From the NCBI GenBank assembly GCA_020058085.1, contig JAGVER010000005.1, positions 2,743 through 66,742 of the forward strand: 64,000 bases of DNA. Direction: 5' to 3'. This document shows, in pieces, positions 24,470-34,233 of this stretch. The stretch is from Candidatus Omnitrophota bacterium. Its GTDB lineage: Bacteria; Omnitrophota; Gorgyraeia; Gygaellales; Profunditerraquicolaceae. Each line of letters starts with the position of its first letter. Position 1 is the first letter of the stretch. The notes under the pieces were generated by a model, which made no database searches, had not been told where the DNA came from, and saw only the letters and a program-made list of their open reading frames with translations. The translations under genes were made by a program, and so were the position numbers.

Positions 24470-26617
24470 GTGAGAGAGAAAAGGTTAAATGAAATAAAAG
24501 GCGTAATTTTGGTTGCGGTAGGCCTAATGGTTTTGGCCAGCCTCGTACGATTTGAACGCTTTGACCTTCCGTTTTATACTTCGTATCCCAATCTCCCCCC
24601 AAAAAATCTATTAGGAATATTCGGCGCTTATTTAGGCGAGTTGATTGTATTCTTATTTGGCAGGCCCACCAGTTTTGTCTTACCGATATTGATTATCTTG
24701 TTAGGTGTTAAATTCTTTCGCCAGGAGAAACCTTATTTGAGCATACCTAGGATTTCAGGGATGTTCGTATTGCTTATTTCTATAAGTTCCCTGATAGGCA
24801 TGTTTAATTTAAGCAGCGAAAGCATGAGGTTTTATTATTCCGGGCTTTTTGGGGCCTTGTTAACAAAATTCATAACTACTTACTTTAGCCGTTTAGGCGG
24901 GTTTATTATATTTATTACTTTTGCTCTTTTGTCATTAGCATTAGTTAGCGAGATCTTATTATCTTCATTATTTGCTAATTCTGCGGAAAAACTCAAGGGT
25001 TTATTAGCGGCTATATTTAAACCAAGGAAGGCGATAGAAGTCAAGTCTAAGATTATTGAAAAGAAAAATAATCTTTCTCTCTTTCCTAAGCCTAGCCTAG
25101 TTAAAGAAGAGTCGCTTGTCTCTAGGCCAAAGATTCAGATTAAGGCTAAGCCTATTAATCCGGAGCCGAAAGCAAAACCGCAGGAATTAAAAATTGGCGA
25201 TTATCGTCTTCCTTCTCTGGATTTATTAGATGCTCCTCCGCCGCCAGAGGCGAGGCAGATTAAGGAAAACCTGGAGGATAATGCTAGAATACTCGAAGAT
25301 ACTTTAGGAGATTTCGGTATTGTGGCTAAAGTTACGGATATTGAGCGCGGCCCGATAATCACTCGTTATGAGCTTGAGCCTGCGCCGGGTATAAAACTAA
25401 GCCGTATTATGAATTTAAGCGATGATATCGCTTTAAGTATGAAGGCGCAATCAGTAAGAATTCTTGCTCCTATCCCGGGTAAGGATAGGGTGGGGATAGA
25501 AGTTCCTAATACTCAAGGGAGTTTTGTATATTTGGAGGAGGTTTTTGCTTCTAGTGAATTTCAGAAAACCGATACTGCCCTTACTCTCGCTTTAGGTAAA
25601 GATATCACCGGCCGGCCCATAATTACCGATCTTGACGACATGCCACATCTTTTGATTGCCGGGACTACCGGTTCAGGAAAAACAGTTTGCGTAAATTCTC
25701 TGATTTTGTCTTTGCTTTTTAAGAGTTCTCCAACAGATTTGAAATTCGTGATGATCGACCCTAAGATGGTTGAGCTTATGCCTTTTAACGGCCTGCCGCA
25801 TCTTTTATGCCCGGTTGTAACGGATTCTAAGAAAGCTTACACTGCCCTTAATTGGGTGGTAGGAGAGATGGAAGAGCGTTATCGGCTCTTGTCTAAGGCA
25901 AGCGCGAGGAATATCGAAGCTTATAACGAAAAGCAGGAAAAACTGCCTTATATAATTGTTATTGTTGATGAATTTGCTGATCTTATGACTGTGGCCCGTG
26001 ATCAGACCGAGACAGCAGTTCAGCGTTTAGCGCAGTTATCCCGCGCCGTCGGCATTCATCTTATATTGGCAACTCAAAGGCCTTCGGTAAATGTTATTAC
26101 CGGAGTGATTAAGGCAAATTTACCTGCGCGTATCTCTTTTAAGGTTGCATCTAAAGTAGATTCACGTACGGTCTTGGATATGAATGGAGCAGATAAATTA
26201 TTGGGTAAGGGGGATATGCTTTTTTTGCGTCCCGGGGAATCAAAACCTATTCGTATTCAGGGTACATTGATTAGCGATAAGGAGATAGAAAGAGTTGTGA
26301 ATTTTATAAAATCGCAAGCTGAACCCGTATACGATGAAGAGATATTGAAGGAACAGCAAAAGAGCGGAATAAATGGTAACGAAAAAGATGAATTTTATAA
26401 TGAGGCGGTAAAGATTATAATGGAGAGTAACCAAGCCTCGGTATCTATATTGCAGAGGAGGATGCGCTTGGGTTATACTCGTGCCGCCCGGATTATTGAT
26501 ATGATGGAGCAGGAAGGATTAGTCGGTCCATTTGAGGGAAGTAAACCACGCAGGATTTTGATTGACCGGGATGCTTGGTTAAAAAATACTGTTGCCGGAA
26601 TCGGAGATAAAGAATAA
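24470..26617 (+). CDS. ftsK: DNA translocase FtsK
   Basis: N-terminal TM segments, a proline-rich linker, a motor domain with AGTTGSGKT, and a C-terminal gamma wHTH (ASVSILQRRMRLGYTRAARIID). Confidence 0.92.
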   Translation: MREKRLNEIKGVILVAVGLMVLASLVRFERFDLPFYTSYPNLPPKNLLGIFGAYLGELIVFLFGRPTSFVLPILIILLGVKFFRQEKPYLSIPRISGMFVLLISISSLIGMFNLSSESMRFYYSGLFGALLTKFITTYFSRLGGFIIFITFALLSLALVSEILLSSLFANSAEKLKGLLAAIFKPRKAIEVKSKIIEKKNNLSLFPKPSLVKEESLVSRPKIQIKAKPINPEPKAKPQELKIGDYRLPSLDLLDAPPPPEARQIKENLEDNARILEDTLGDFGIVAKVTDIERGPIITRYELEPAPGIKLSRIMNLSDDIALSMKAQSVRILAPIPGKDRVGIEVPNTQGSFVYLEEVFASSEFQKTDTALTLALGKDITGRPIITDLDDMPHLLIAGTTGSGKTVCVNSLILSLLFKSSPTDLKFVMIDPKMVELMPFNGLPHLLCPVVTDSKKAYTALNWVVGEMEERYRLLSKASARNIEAYNEKQEKLPYIIVIVDEFADLMTVARDQTETAVQRLAQLSRAVGIHLILATQRPSVNVITGVIKANLPARISFKVASKVDSRTVLDMNGADKLLGKGDMLFLRPGESKPIRIQGTLISDKEIERVVNFIKSQAEPVYDEEILKEQQKSGINGNEKDEFYNEAVKIIMESNQASVSILQRRMRLGYTRAARIIDMMEQEGLVGPFEGSKPRRILIDRDAWLKNTVAGIGDKE

Positions 26618-27384
26618 TGAATATAGAATTAATAGGTGAGAGGTTAAAAAAGATTCGTCAAGAAAAAGGCTTAACCTTAGAGGATCTCCAGAAGAAAACC
26701 AAGGTACATCTTAATATTTTAAAGGCTATAGAGGGAGAGACGCTTACTAATTTAAGCCCAATATATTTGAAAGGGTTTATTAAGATTTATTGTAAGGCCC
26801 TAGATTTAGAACCTAAGGATTATATACCAGATTATAAAGAATCATCTTCGAGCGTTATATTAGGAGCACATAAAACTAAGGATTCGTTCCTAAGAAGTGT
26901 AGGCATGAAGATGAGTTTTTTAAAACCAAATAAGAATATAAGAAAGATAATTATTATTGGATTAATTATTCTGGCTTTTTCAATTGTTTTGTTTAAAGTG
27001 GTTGGCTGTTTGTCCTCGAGGCGAACCGCCGCCATTCCTCTCTCCTCAAAAATTAACCAGTCTAGAAAACAAGAATCTTTTCAGCCAGCCGCAGGAACCA
27101 ATATTCCTAAAGAGGCATCGGGTGGTATAAGGCTTGTGGTCAGCGCAAGGGAAAATTGTTTAGTTCTTGTTAAGTCTGATGGAAAGGTAGTTTTCCATAG
27201 GGTCTTAGAAAAAGGAAGGTCTAACAACTGGAAAGCTAAAGAAAGAATAGATCTTTCTCTGGGTAATGCTTCAGCTGTAGAGATAGTTGTTAACGGCCAG
27301 CGTTTTAAAGATTTAGGTAGAAAGGGCCAGCCTTTAAAGAATATAGTCATTACTGAAAAAGAAGGTTTGAGTATTCCCCGGTGA
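26617..27384 (+). CDS. rodZ: RodZ-like cytoskeleton protein (HTH + TM + DUF4115)
   Basis: N-terminal XRE-type HTH (IGERLKKIRQEKGLTLEDLQKKTKV), one TM, and a C-terminal beta domain. Confidence 0.7.
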   Translation: MNIELIGERLKKIRQEKGLTLEDLQKKTKVHLNILKAIEGETLTNLSPIYLKGFIKIYCKALDLEPKDYIPDYKESSSSVILGAHKTKDSFLRSVGMKMSFLKPNKNIRKIIIIGLIILAFSIVLFKVVGCLSSRRTAAIPLSSKINQSRKQESFQPAAGTNIPKEASGGIRLVVSARENCLVLVKSDGKVVFHRVLEKGRSNNWKAKERIDLSLGNASAVEIVVNGQRFKDLGRKGQPLKNIVITEKEGLSIPR

Positions 27385-28634
27385 AGCCAAGGATCGGGAT
27401 ATTAAGCTTAGGTTGTCCTAGGAATCTGGTAGATTCAGAAGATATCTTAGGTAGATTATTTAGAAAAGGCTACGAAATAGTTGATATAGATAAAGCTCAG
27501 GTCGCGTTGGTAAATACATGTGCATTTATTGAAGAAGCAAAACAGGAATCTATTGAGGCGATTCTGGAGCTGATAGATTTAAAGAAAAAAGGCAAGCTTA
27601 AGAAGGTTATTGTGTATGGCTGTTTATCCCAGCGCTATAAAAGTATCTTAAGCAAGGAATTATCGGAAGTAGATGCTTTTGTAGGCAGGATTTCACTTAA
27701 TTATGGGCTTAGCCGGTTTGCTATTACTCCTAAACATTACGCGTATCTGAAGATTTGCGAAGGTTGCGTAAACCTGTGCAGTTTCTGTGTAATCCCCAAG
27801 ATTAAAGGAAGGCTGAATAGTCTTTCTTTTGATTCGATTATAAGTAAAGTAGGGCAATTCTCAAAAGAAAGAATTTCGGAATTAAATATCGTTGGCCAAG
27901 ATATTACGGGATACGGTATAGATTTGAAGAATGGTATAAACCTTGCTAAGCTTCTTGGCAAAATAATTAAGAAGGCCAAGGGGATAGATTGGATTAGGCT
28001 CTTATATCTCAATCCGATAAGATTAGGCGAAGACTTATTAGAATTAATAAGGGAAGAGGGAAAGATCTGCAAGTATATTGATTTACCTATTCAACATATC
28101 AATAATCGTATCTTAAAGCTTATGAATAGGAATGTTTCCCGGGATCCCCGGGGGGGGATTGTTAAGGTTATTGATAAGGTGCGTAAGAATATACCCGGAG
28201 TTGCCTTACGCACTAGCGTAATTACCGGTTTCCCGGGTGAGACAGATAAAGAGTTCTTGGAACTTTTGGAATTTATCAAAGAGGCTAAGTTTGAAAGATT
28301 GGGTGCATTTAAATACTCAAGAGAAGAAGGGACAAAAGCTTATGATTTTAAAGGGCAGATCCCCGAAGCAGTTAAATCCGATCGTTTTAGCCAAATAATG
28401 TCTCTTCAGCAGGAGATCTCGACCGGAATCAATAGTAAATTTATTGGTAAAACCTTGAAGGTTTTGGTTGATGAATGTAAGAATGGCGATTATGTTGGGC
28501 GTAGCGAGTTTGATGCACCCGAGGTGGACGGCCTAGTCTATATAAAATCAAAAAGAAGGCTCAAACCGGGAGATTTTGTGAATTTGAAAATTACAGATAC
28601 GCTAGAATATGATTTAGTAGGGGAGGAGAGATAA
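27381..28634 (+). CDS. rimO: Ribosomal protein S12 methylthiotransferase RimO
   Basis: SLGCPRNLVDSE N-terminus, radical-SAM CEGCVNLCSFC, and a C-terminal TRAM domain. Confidence 0.85.
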   Translation: MKPRIGILSLGCPRNLVDSEDILGRLFRKGYEIVDIDKAQVALVNTCAFIEEAKQESIEAILELIDLKKKGKLKKVIVYGCLSQRYKSILSKELSEVDAFVGRISLNYGLSRFAITPKHYAYLKICEGCVNLCSFCVIPKIKGRLNSLSFDSIISKVGQFSKERISELNIVGQDITGYGIDLKNGINLAKLLGKIIKKAKGIDWIRLLYLNPIRLGEDLLELIREEGKICKYIDLPIQHINNRILKLMNRNVSRDPRGGIVKVIDKVRKNIPGVALRTSVITGFPGETDKEFLELLEFIKEAKFERLGAFKYSREEGTKAYDFKGQIPEAVKSDRFSQIMSLQQEISTGINSKFIGKTLKVLVDECKNGDYVGRSEFDAPEVDGLVYIKSKRRLKPGDFVNLKITDTLEYDLVGEER

Positions 28635-29213
28635 ATGAATTTAGCCAATAGGTTAACAATGTTTAGAATACTGCTTACTTTTTTATTCATGTTTGTTTTT
28701 TCTTGGCAGGGATTGTGGTTTAAAGTTGTGGCACTTCTTATATTTACGGCTGCGGCGCTCTCCGATCTTTTCGACGGTATGATTGCCAAAAAAAGAAACA
28801 TGATTACTGACTTTGGCCGGCTTATGGATCCTATAGCTGATAAGATTCTAGTTCTTGCGGCATTTGCTGCCTTTTTAGAGATGCAGTTATTTGAGGCTTG
28901 GATGTTTGTGATTATTGTTTCCCGTGAGATTTTAATTACATCCCTAAGACTATTTGCTCTTAATAAGGGCAAGATACTCTCTGCTGTGCGCGCAGGAAAA
29001 CATAAGACAGTATCTCAGATGGCGGTGATATTTTACATCTTGATTTTTATTGTGATTAAAGAGGCAGTTAAGATTTATTCTGTCTGGAATCCGGTTTGGG
29101 AGGAGCTTTTCCGCAAGAGCATAAATATCCTGATGTTAATAACTGTCGGGCTTACCCTTTATTCGGGTTTAGCTTATTTATGGGAGAACCGTAAAATAGT
29201 TACTAAGTTGTAA
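28635..29213 (+). CDS. pgsA: CDP-diacylglycerol--glycerol-3-phosphate 3-phosphatidyltransferase
   Basis: CDP-alcohol phosphatidyltransferase motif DGMIAKKRNMITDFGRLMDPIADK. Confidence 0.88.
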   Translation: MNLANRLTMFRILLTFLFMFVFSWQGLWFKVVALLIFTAAALSDLFDGMIAKKRNMITDFGRLMDPIADKILVLAAFAAFLEMQLFEAWMFVIIVSREILITSLRLFALNKGKILSAVRAGKHKTVSQMAVIFYILIFIVIKEAVKIYSVWNPVWEELFRKSINILMLITVGLTLYSGLAYLWENRKIVTKL

Positions 29214-29674
29214 TGGATAAATTCATCACAAAAATATTAAGTACTTTTTTTTATATTGGTTATTTGCCCCTTATCCCCGGCACGTTCGGCAGCCTCGCGG
29301 GTATTTTTTTATTTTACTTAGTTAAGATCAATGCTTTAAATTATACCTTATTTACTTTGGCAGTTATAGTTGTTGGTTTTTTGGTTTGCGGGAAGGCCGA
29401 GAAGGCAATGCATAAGAATGATCCGCGCTACGTTGTAATAGATGAGGTCTCCGGGATGCTTTTAAGCCTTATATTTATTCCTTACGATATTAAATTGGTC
29501 ATAAGCGCTTTTATTTTATTCCGCATTTTGGATACGCTCAAGCCATATCCTGCGGGGCGCTTGGAAAGATCGAAAGGGAGTATAGGGATAATGAGCGACG
29601 ATTTAATCGCGGGATTATATACGAATCTTATTCTTCAGGTAGTGTCGAGGGTTACTTCTTTCAAGACTTCGTAG
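29213..29674 (+). CDS. pgpA: Phosphatidylglycerophosphatase A
   Basis: GYLPLIPGTFGSLAG, VIDEVSG and DTLKPYP motifs. Confidence 0.85.
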   Translation: MDKFITKILSTFFYIGYLPLIPGTFGSLAGIFLFYLVKINALNYTLFTLAVIVVGFLVCGKAEKAMHKNDPRYVVIDEVSGMLLSLIFIPYDIKLVISAFILFRILDTLKPYPAGRLERSKGSIGIMSDDLIAGLYTNLILQVVSRVTSFKTS

Positions 29675-30207
29675 ATTGGCCCGTTGGGTTTAAGGCTGCT
29701 CTTAAAAAGAGTAATTTTATCTGCAATAAAGCTAATCTTTTCCTTAGGCAAGTCATCTCTTAGGGTGCTTAGTCCTCCAATTAGTTTATCTTTATTAAGC
29801 CAAGATTTTATTCTGCCAATAGTAATGTGTCCCGAGAATTGCCGTTCCTCTTTAGGTATATTTAGTCTTTGTAATTTTTCTTCAAGCTCTTCAGCTATGA
29901 GTTTAGTCTCGTTATCCCCATTTTTAATTCCAACCCAGATTATTTTAGGATGATTTATATTCGGGAAGACCCCTAATCCGGCGAGTGTTATTTCAAATTT
30001 AAGTTTATTCTCAGCGGTGTCCTTAATTATTTGATTAATCTTCTCCAGTTTACTATCTTCAATTTCGCCCAAGAATTTTAAGGTTAAATGGATATTATGA
30101 GGCTCTACCCATTTTACATCCGCCCCGCATTGCTTTAATTTATCTTGGAGGCGGCTAAGAGTAGTTTTAATATTTTCGGGTAATTCAATAGCAATAAATG
30201 TTCTCAT
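29635..30207 (-). CDS. thpR: RNA 2',3'-cyclic phosphodiesterase (2H family, LigT/ThpR)
   Basis: Two HxTx motifs: HLTLKFLGE and HITIGR. Confidence 0.88.
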   Translation of the reverse strand: MRTFIAIELPENIKTTLSRLQDKLKQCGADVKWVEPHNIHLTLKFLGEIEDSKLEKINQIIKDTAENKLKFEITLAGLGVFPNINHPKIIWVGIKNGDNETKLIAEELEEKLQRLNIPKEERQFSGHITIGRIKSWLNKDKLIGGLSTLRDDLPKEKISFIADKITLFKSSLKPNGPIYEVLKEVTLDTT

Positions 30208-30220
30208 TATAATATAGTGT

Positions 30221-30398
30221 GAGCTTTTACGTTTTCGCTTCCGGCGCTGAAAACTTTCGCCGTCTGCTTCGGTTTACGGCTCGTTCTCGGCCGACCATAC
30301 AAGGCGTCGGCCTCCACTCGCCGTAATCCCTCGCAGACAAATATTTAATAGCAGTGCCGAAAGTTTTCTAATGCGCCTTCAGCAAAAACGCAAAAGCT
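30221..30398 (-). repeat. GC-rich long imperfect hairpin (~178 nt rod-like inverted repeat) between pncC and thpR
   Basis: The outer arms 30221-59 and 30358-98 are largely complementary. Inner helices are gtctgc/gcagac, ttacggc/gccgtaa and ggccgac/gtcggcc, with apical loop catacaag. One A.C mismatch on the plus strand becomes U.G on the minus strand, which is the transcribed one. Confidence 0.7.
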
Positions 30399-30405
30399 TA
30401 TTATA

Positions 30406-30873
30406 CTATAAAACTAGTTTTAATAATTGTAAGGCTTTTAGCGCCGACTGTTTTCTTATAGAGGCGCGATTGCCTTGAAAGATAAACTTTTTACAGATAG
30501 TTTTATTCTTGTTGGCTAGAGCAATAAAAACTGTGCCGACAGGTTTATCAGGAGTTGCTCCGGTTGGCCCGGCAATGCCTGTTATACCGATTCCGAAATC
30601 AGTTTTGGCTATGCGGCGGATACTTTTTGCCATAAGGCAGGCAATATCTTTTGAGACTACGCCTTTTCTGGTGATTATTGAAGCAGGCACTTTTAGGATA
30701 CTTCTTTTGGCTTGGTTGTTGTAAGTGATTACTCCCAGGATGAAGTATTGAGAGCTACCGGAGAATTGAGTAAGGAGGCTGGAGAGGATTCCACCGGTGC
30801 AAGATTCGGCGGTTGCTATGGTTTTGTTGTTTTTTATTAGAGACTTATGTATATGTTCTGTAATGTTTTGCAT
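30406..30873 (-). CDS. pncC: Nicotinamide-nucleotide amidohydrolase (CinA C-terminal domain)
   Basis: TIATAESCTGGILSSLLT and GITGIAGPTG motifs. Confidence 0.85.
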   Translation of the reverse strand: MQNITEHIHKSLIKNNKTIATAESCTGGILSSLLTQFSGSSQYFILGVITYNNQAKRSILKVPASIITRKGVVSKDIACLMAKSIRRIAKTDFGIGITGIAGPTGATPDKPVGTVFIALANKNKTICKKFIFQGNRASIRKQSALKALQLLKLVL

Positions 30874-30906
30874 AGTTATACTAATATTATAGCCTTTTTA
30901 TCCTTC

Positions 30907-30934
30907 TTGACAAGATGAGTTTTTGTGCTACAAT
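30907..30934 (+). promoter_or_regulatory. Sigma70-type promoter of the rib operon
   Basis: TTGACA (30907-12), 16-nt spacer, TACAAT (30929-34), just upstream of the riboswitch. Confidence 0.6.
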
Positions 30935-30948
30935 TAATCAATAGATTA

Positions 30949-31149
30949 ATCTTCAGGGCAGGGTGGAATTCCCGACCGGCGGTTGCGCAGAAGCGCACAC
31001 CGACGCTTCCTTTAGCGTTGGGTGAAAAGTCCGCGAGCTCTTAACGAAAGTTAGAGCATGAACCGGTGAGACTCCGGTACCGATGGTAGCGCACAGGCGC
31101 ATACTAACCTATCCTATTAGGTTGGGTAACAGTCCAGATGAAAGAAGAT
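30949..31149 (+). ncRNA. FMN riboswitch (RFN element) with expanded peripheral stems
   Basis: P1 is atcttc/gaagat. Conserved cores are cagggcagggtggaattcccgaccggcgg, aaaagtccgcgagc, accggtgagactccggtaccgatgg and aacagtccagatgaaagaaga. It lies upstream of ribBA. Confidence 0.92.
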
Positions 31150-31160
31150 GTTTACACTTA

Positions 31161-31188
31161 AGCCCGAAGATTATATCCGGGCTTTTTT
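31161..31188 (+). terminator. Intrinsic terminator (riboswitch expression platform)
   Basis: agcccg(31161-66)/cgggct(31178-83) stem followed by a T6 tract. Confidence 0.6.
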
Positions 31189-31299
31189 AATGAGCGGATA
31201 ATTTGCGGAAGCGAAGCGACGCAAATTATAGGCTGAAAGCCGTCCGCGAATTAACCCTACCTATTTTATAGATGGGCGGGGGTCATCAGGTCATAATAT

Positions 31300-32511
31300 A
31301 TGCTGAATACTATTCCAGAAATACTTGAGGATTTAAAAAACGGGAAGATGGTCATTGTGGTTGATGATGAAAGCCGCGAGAACGAAGGTGACCTGGTTGT
31401 GGCTGCGTCTTTTACCAAACCAGAAGACATAAATTTCATGGCCAAATTTGGCCGTGGGCTAATTTGTGTCCCTATGGAAGAATCAAGACTTGATTCTCTA
31501 GGTCTAGGACCAATGTTAAAGGAGCAGTATCTTCCTATTCAGAAAGATCCTTTTTCTACTGCTTGGGTTATCTCGGTTGATGCGGCTAGAGGAGTTACTA
31601 CCGGGATATCTGCTTATGACCGTTCGCGTACAATTGAAGTTTTGATCGATCCTAAAACAAGGCCTGAAGATTTAGTTAAGCCAGGGCATGCATTTCCTTT
31701 AAGGGCGCGTCAAGGAGGTGTTTTAGTTCGTGCAGGCCATACTGAAGCAACTCTGGATCTTATGCGTTTAAGCGGATTATATCCGGCAGGAGTTATCTGT
31801 GAGATTATGAATGATGACGGAAGTATGAGTCGGATGCCGCAGCTCTTAGAATTCTCTAAGAAACATAATTTGAAGATCTGTTCTATCGCTAATCTTATTG
31901 AATACCGGCGTAAATCTGAAAGATTAATTGAGAAGTTAGCGGAGACTATTTTACCCACAGAATTCGGAGAATTTAAACTTATCCTTTACAAGGACCTTAC
32001 GAATAATAAGGTTCATACTGCTTTAGTTATGGGACAATTGAACGAGGATCCGGTTTTAGTGCGCGTGCATTCAGAGTGTTTGACTGGAGATGTCTTTGGT
32101 TCATTGCGTTGTGACTGCGGCCGGCAGTTAGCTAAGGCAATGCAGATTATATCTTCTGAAGGTAGGGGAGTTATACTTTATATGAATCAAGAGGGTAGGG
32201 GGATTGGCCTTGTGGATAAGATCAAGGCTTATCATTTGCAGGATAAAGGCATGGATACAGTTGAGGCTAATGAAGCATTGGGGCATAAGCCTGATTTAAG
32301 AGATTATGGAATAGGCGCGCAGATTCTGGTAGATTTAGGAATAAAAAATATAAGGTTGTTTACCAATAATCCGCGTAAGATTATCGGCTTGGAGGGTTAT
32401 GGCCTGCGTGTTGTTGAGCGGGTTTCTTTAGAGATTGGGCATAATCCGGCGAATTACAAATATCTAAAAACCAAAAAGGAGAAGTTGGGGCATAATTTAA
32501 AGATAGAATAA
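31300..32511 (+). CDS. ribBA: Bifunctional 3,4-dihydroxy-2-butanone-4-phosphate synthase / GTP cyclohydrolase II
   Basis: [12 protein letters not shown] (RibB part) and [18 protein letters not shown] (RibA part). Confidence 0.95.
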   Translation: MLNTIPEILEDLKNGKMVIVVDDESRENEGDLVVAASFTKPEDINFMAKFGRGLICVPMEESRLDSLGLGPMLKEQYLPIQKDPFSTAWVISVDAARGVTTGISAYDRSRTIEVLIDPKTRPEDLVKPGHAFPLRARQGGVLVRAGHTEATLDLMRLSGLYPAGVICEIMNDDGSMSRMPQLLEFSKKHNLKICSIANLIEYRRKSERLIEKLAETILPTEFGEFKLILYKDLTNNKVHTALVMGQLNEDPVLVRVHSECLTGDVFGSLRCDCGRQLAKAMQIISSEGRGVILYMNQEGRGIGLVDKIKAYHLQDKGMDTVEANEALGHKPDLRDYGIGAQILVDLGIKNIRLFTNNPRKIIGLEGYGLRVVERVSLEIGHNPANYKYLKTKKEKLGHNLKIE

Positions 32512-32528
32512 ATAATAGGAGGTGTGAA

Positions 32529-32996
32529 ATGAGTAAAGTAATTGAAGGTAATTTGATCGCCAAGGGGAGAAAGTTTAGTATTGTTGCTTCGCGTTTCAAT
32601 GATTTTATGACTAAGGAACTGGTTTCTGGTTGCGAGGACACTTTAGTCAGGCATGGTGTTTTGGATCAGGATCTAACTATAGCTTGGGTTCCGGGCGCTT
32701 TTGAGATCCCTACTGTTGCCCAGAAGTTGGCTAAAACTAAAGCATATGACGCAGTAATTTGTTTAGGTACGATTATACGCGGAGCAACCCCGCATTTTGA
32801 TTATATTGCTTCTGAAGTAGTCAAGGGTATTGCCAAAGTCTCTTCTGATACGGGGGTTCCGGTAATCTTTGGGGTAATCACCGCTGATACAATTGAACAG
32901 GCGATAGAGCGTTCAGGAACTAAGGATGGTAATAAGGGCCGCGATGCTGCTCTTTCAGCGATCGAGATGGTAAATATTTTAGAGAAGATAAAATAA
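32529..32996 (+). CDS. ribH: 6,7-dimethyl-8-ribityllumazine synthase
   Basis: 155 aa. VPGAFEIP and TPHFDYI motifs. Confidence 0.95.
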   Translation: MSKVIEGNLIAKGRKFSIVASRFNDFMTKELVSGCEDTLVRHGVLDQDLTIAWVPGAFEIPTVAQKLAKTKAYDAVICLGTIIRGATPHFDYIASEVVKGIAKVSSDTGVPVIFGVITADTIEQAIERSGTKDGNKGRDAALSAIEMVNILEKIK

Positions 32997-33412
32997 TGCG
33001 TAAGCGTACAGTTTCCCGCGAATTTGCCTTACAAATTCTTTATCAGTTGGATATTACCCGTGATACCCCTGAGGCTGCTTTGGAAAACTTTTGGTCTGCG
33101 CGCAGCCAAGAGGTGATTGAAGTCGAGTTAAAGGAATTTACTTCCAAACTGGTCAAGGGCGTTGCCTCTTATATAGATGAGATCGATAAAAAGATATCCA
33201 AATATGCCGCTAATTGGCAGCTTAAGCGCATGGCTGTTGTAGATAGGAATATTATGCGCATGGGCTGTTTTGAGATTCTCTATTGCGAGGATATTCCCCC
33301 TAAGGTCTCAATTAACGAGGCAGTTGACCTTGCCAAGAAATTCTCAGGTATAGAGGCAGGCAAATTTGTTAACGCAATTCTGGATAAGGTAAAGATAGAA
33401 AAGGAAAAGTGA
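32996..33412 (+). CDS. nusB: Transcription antitermination factor NusB
   Basis: RKRTVSREFALQILYQLD N-terminus and conserved ribH-nusB synteny. Confidence 0.9.
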   Translation: MRKRTVSREFALQILYQLDITRDTPEAALENFWSARSQEVIEVELKEFTSKLVKGVASYIDEIDKKISKYAANWQLKRMAVVDRNIMRMGCFEILYCEDIPPKVSINEAVDLAKKFSGIEAGKFVNAILDKVKIEKEK

Positions 33413-34233
33413 GATTCGCAGATTTGCACCTACACACCATTTTTTCCGACGGAACATATACTCCTGTTGAGTTGGTATCAAAGGCATTAGATGCCGGTTT
33501 ATCCTGTGTTGCCTTAACTGATCATGATACCGTAGATGCCCTAGAGGAGACGATTAGCATAGGTAATGATCGCGGGCTTGAGGTATTACCTGGCATAGAA
33601 CTTAGCGCTGAATATGAATCTCAAGAAGTGCATGTATTAGGTTATCTTGTTGATTACAGATCGCCTCCATTCTTAAAACAGCTAGAGATCTTAAAAGAAA
33701 ATCGCGTTAAGCGCGTATACAAAATAGTTGAAAAATTAAATAAGCTTGGCATAGGTTTAAATGCACAAGATGTATTTAATATTTCTGAAGGCGCGACTCC
33801 CGGCAGGTTGCATATTGCCCGGGCTTTGGTTAAATCTGGTTTTGTAAAATCAATTTTTGAGGTTTTCAATAGATATATTGGGGACAGAGGTCCGGCTTAT
33901 AGTTTAGGTTTTCGTTTTAGCCCTAAAGAGGCGATAAAATTTATCCGTGATGCAGGAGGGGTACCGGTTTTAGCGCATCCTTACGTCCTTCATAATGATG
34001 AGCTGATCTTGGAATTTATAAGATTAGGGCTTATGGGCCTAGAGGCTTATTACCCGGAACATTCTCAAGGAGAAGTAAACTTTTATTTGAATCTAGCTAA
34101 GGAACATAATTTGTTAGTTACCGGAGGTTCAGATTGCCATGGTAAGGCTAAACCTGAAGTGCGCATTGGTTCATTAAAGATACCTTATGAATTAGTAGAA
34201 AAATTAAAAGAGGCGAAGGAAGGTTTAAAATGA
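33409..34233 (+). CDS. PHP-domain metal-dependent phosphoesterase (TrpH/YciV-like)
   Basis: FADLHLHTIFSDGTYTP, ALTDHDT, AHP and GGSDCHG motifs. Confidence 0.8.
   Translation: MRFADLHLHTIFSDGTYTPVELVSKALDAGLSCVALTDHDTVDALEETISIGNDRGLEVLPGIELSAEYESQEVHVLGYLVDYRSPPFLKQLEILKENRVKRVYKIVEKLNKLGIGLNAQDVFNISEGATPGRLHIARALVKSGFVKSIFEVFNRYIGDRGPAYSLGFRFSPKEAIKFIRDAGGVPVLAHPYVLHNDELILEFIRLGLMGLEAYYPEHSQGEVNFYLNLAKEHNLLVTGGSDCHGKAKPEVRIGSLKIPYELVEKLKEAKEGLK

Noticed and set aside
28131-28160. cccgggatccccgggggggg: a polylinker-like SmaI/BamHI string and a G8 homopolymer inside rimO
   Set aside because: The reading frame and conserved RimO blocks continue on both sides, so there is no evidence of vector contamination or a frameshift. 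It is only a potential slippage or sequencing-error hotspot.
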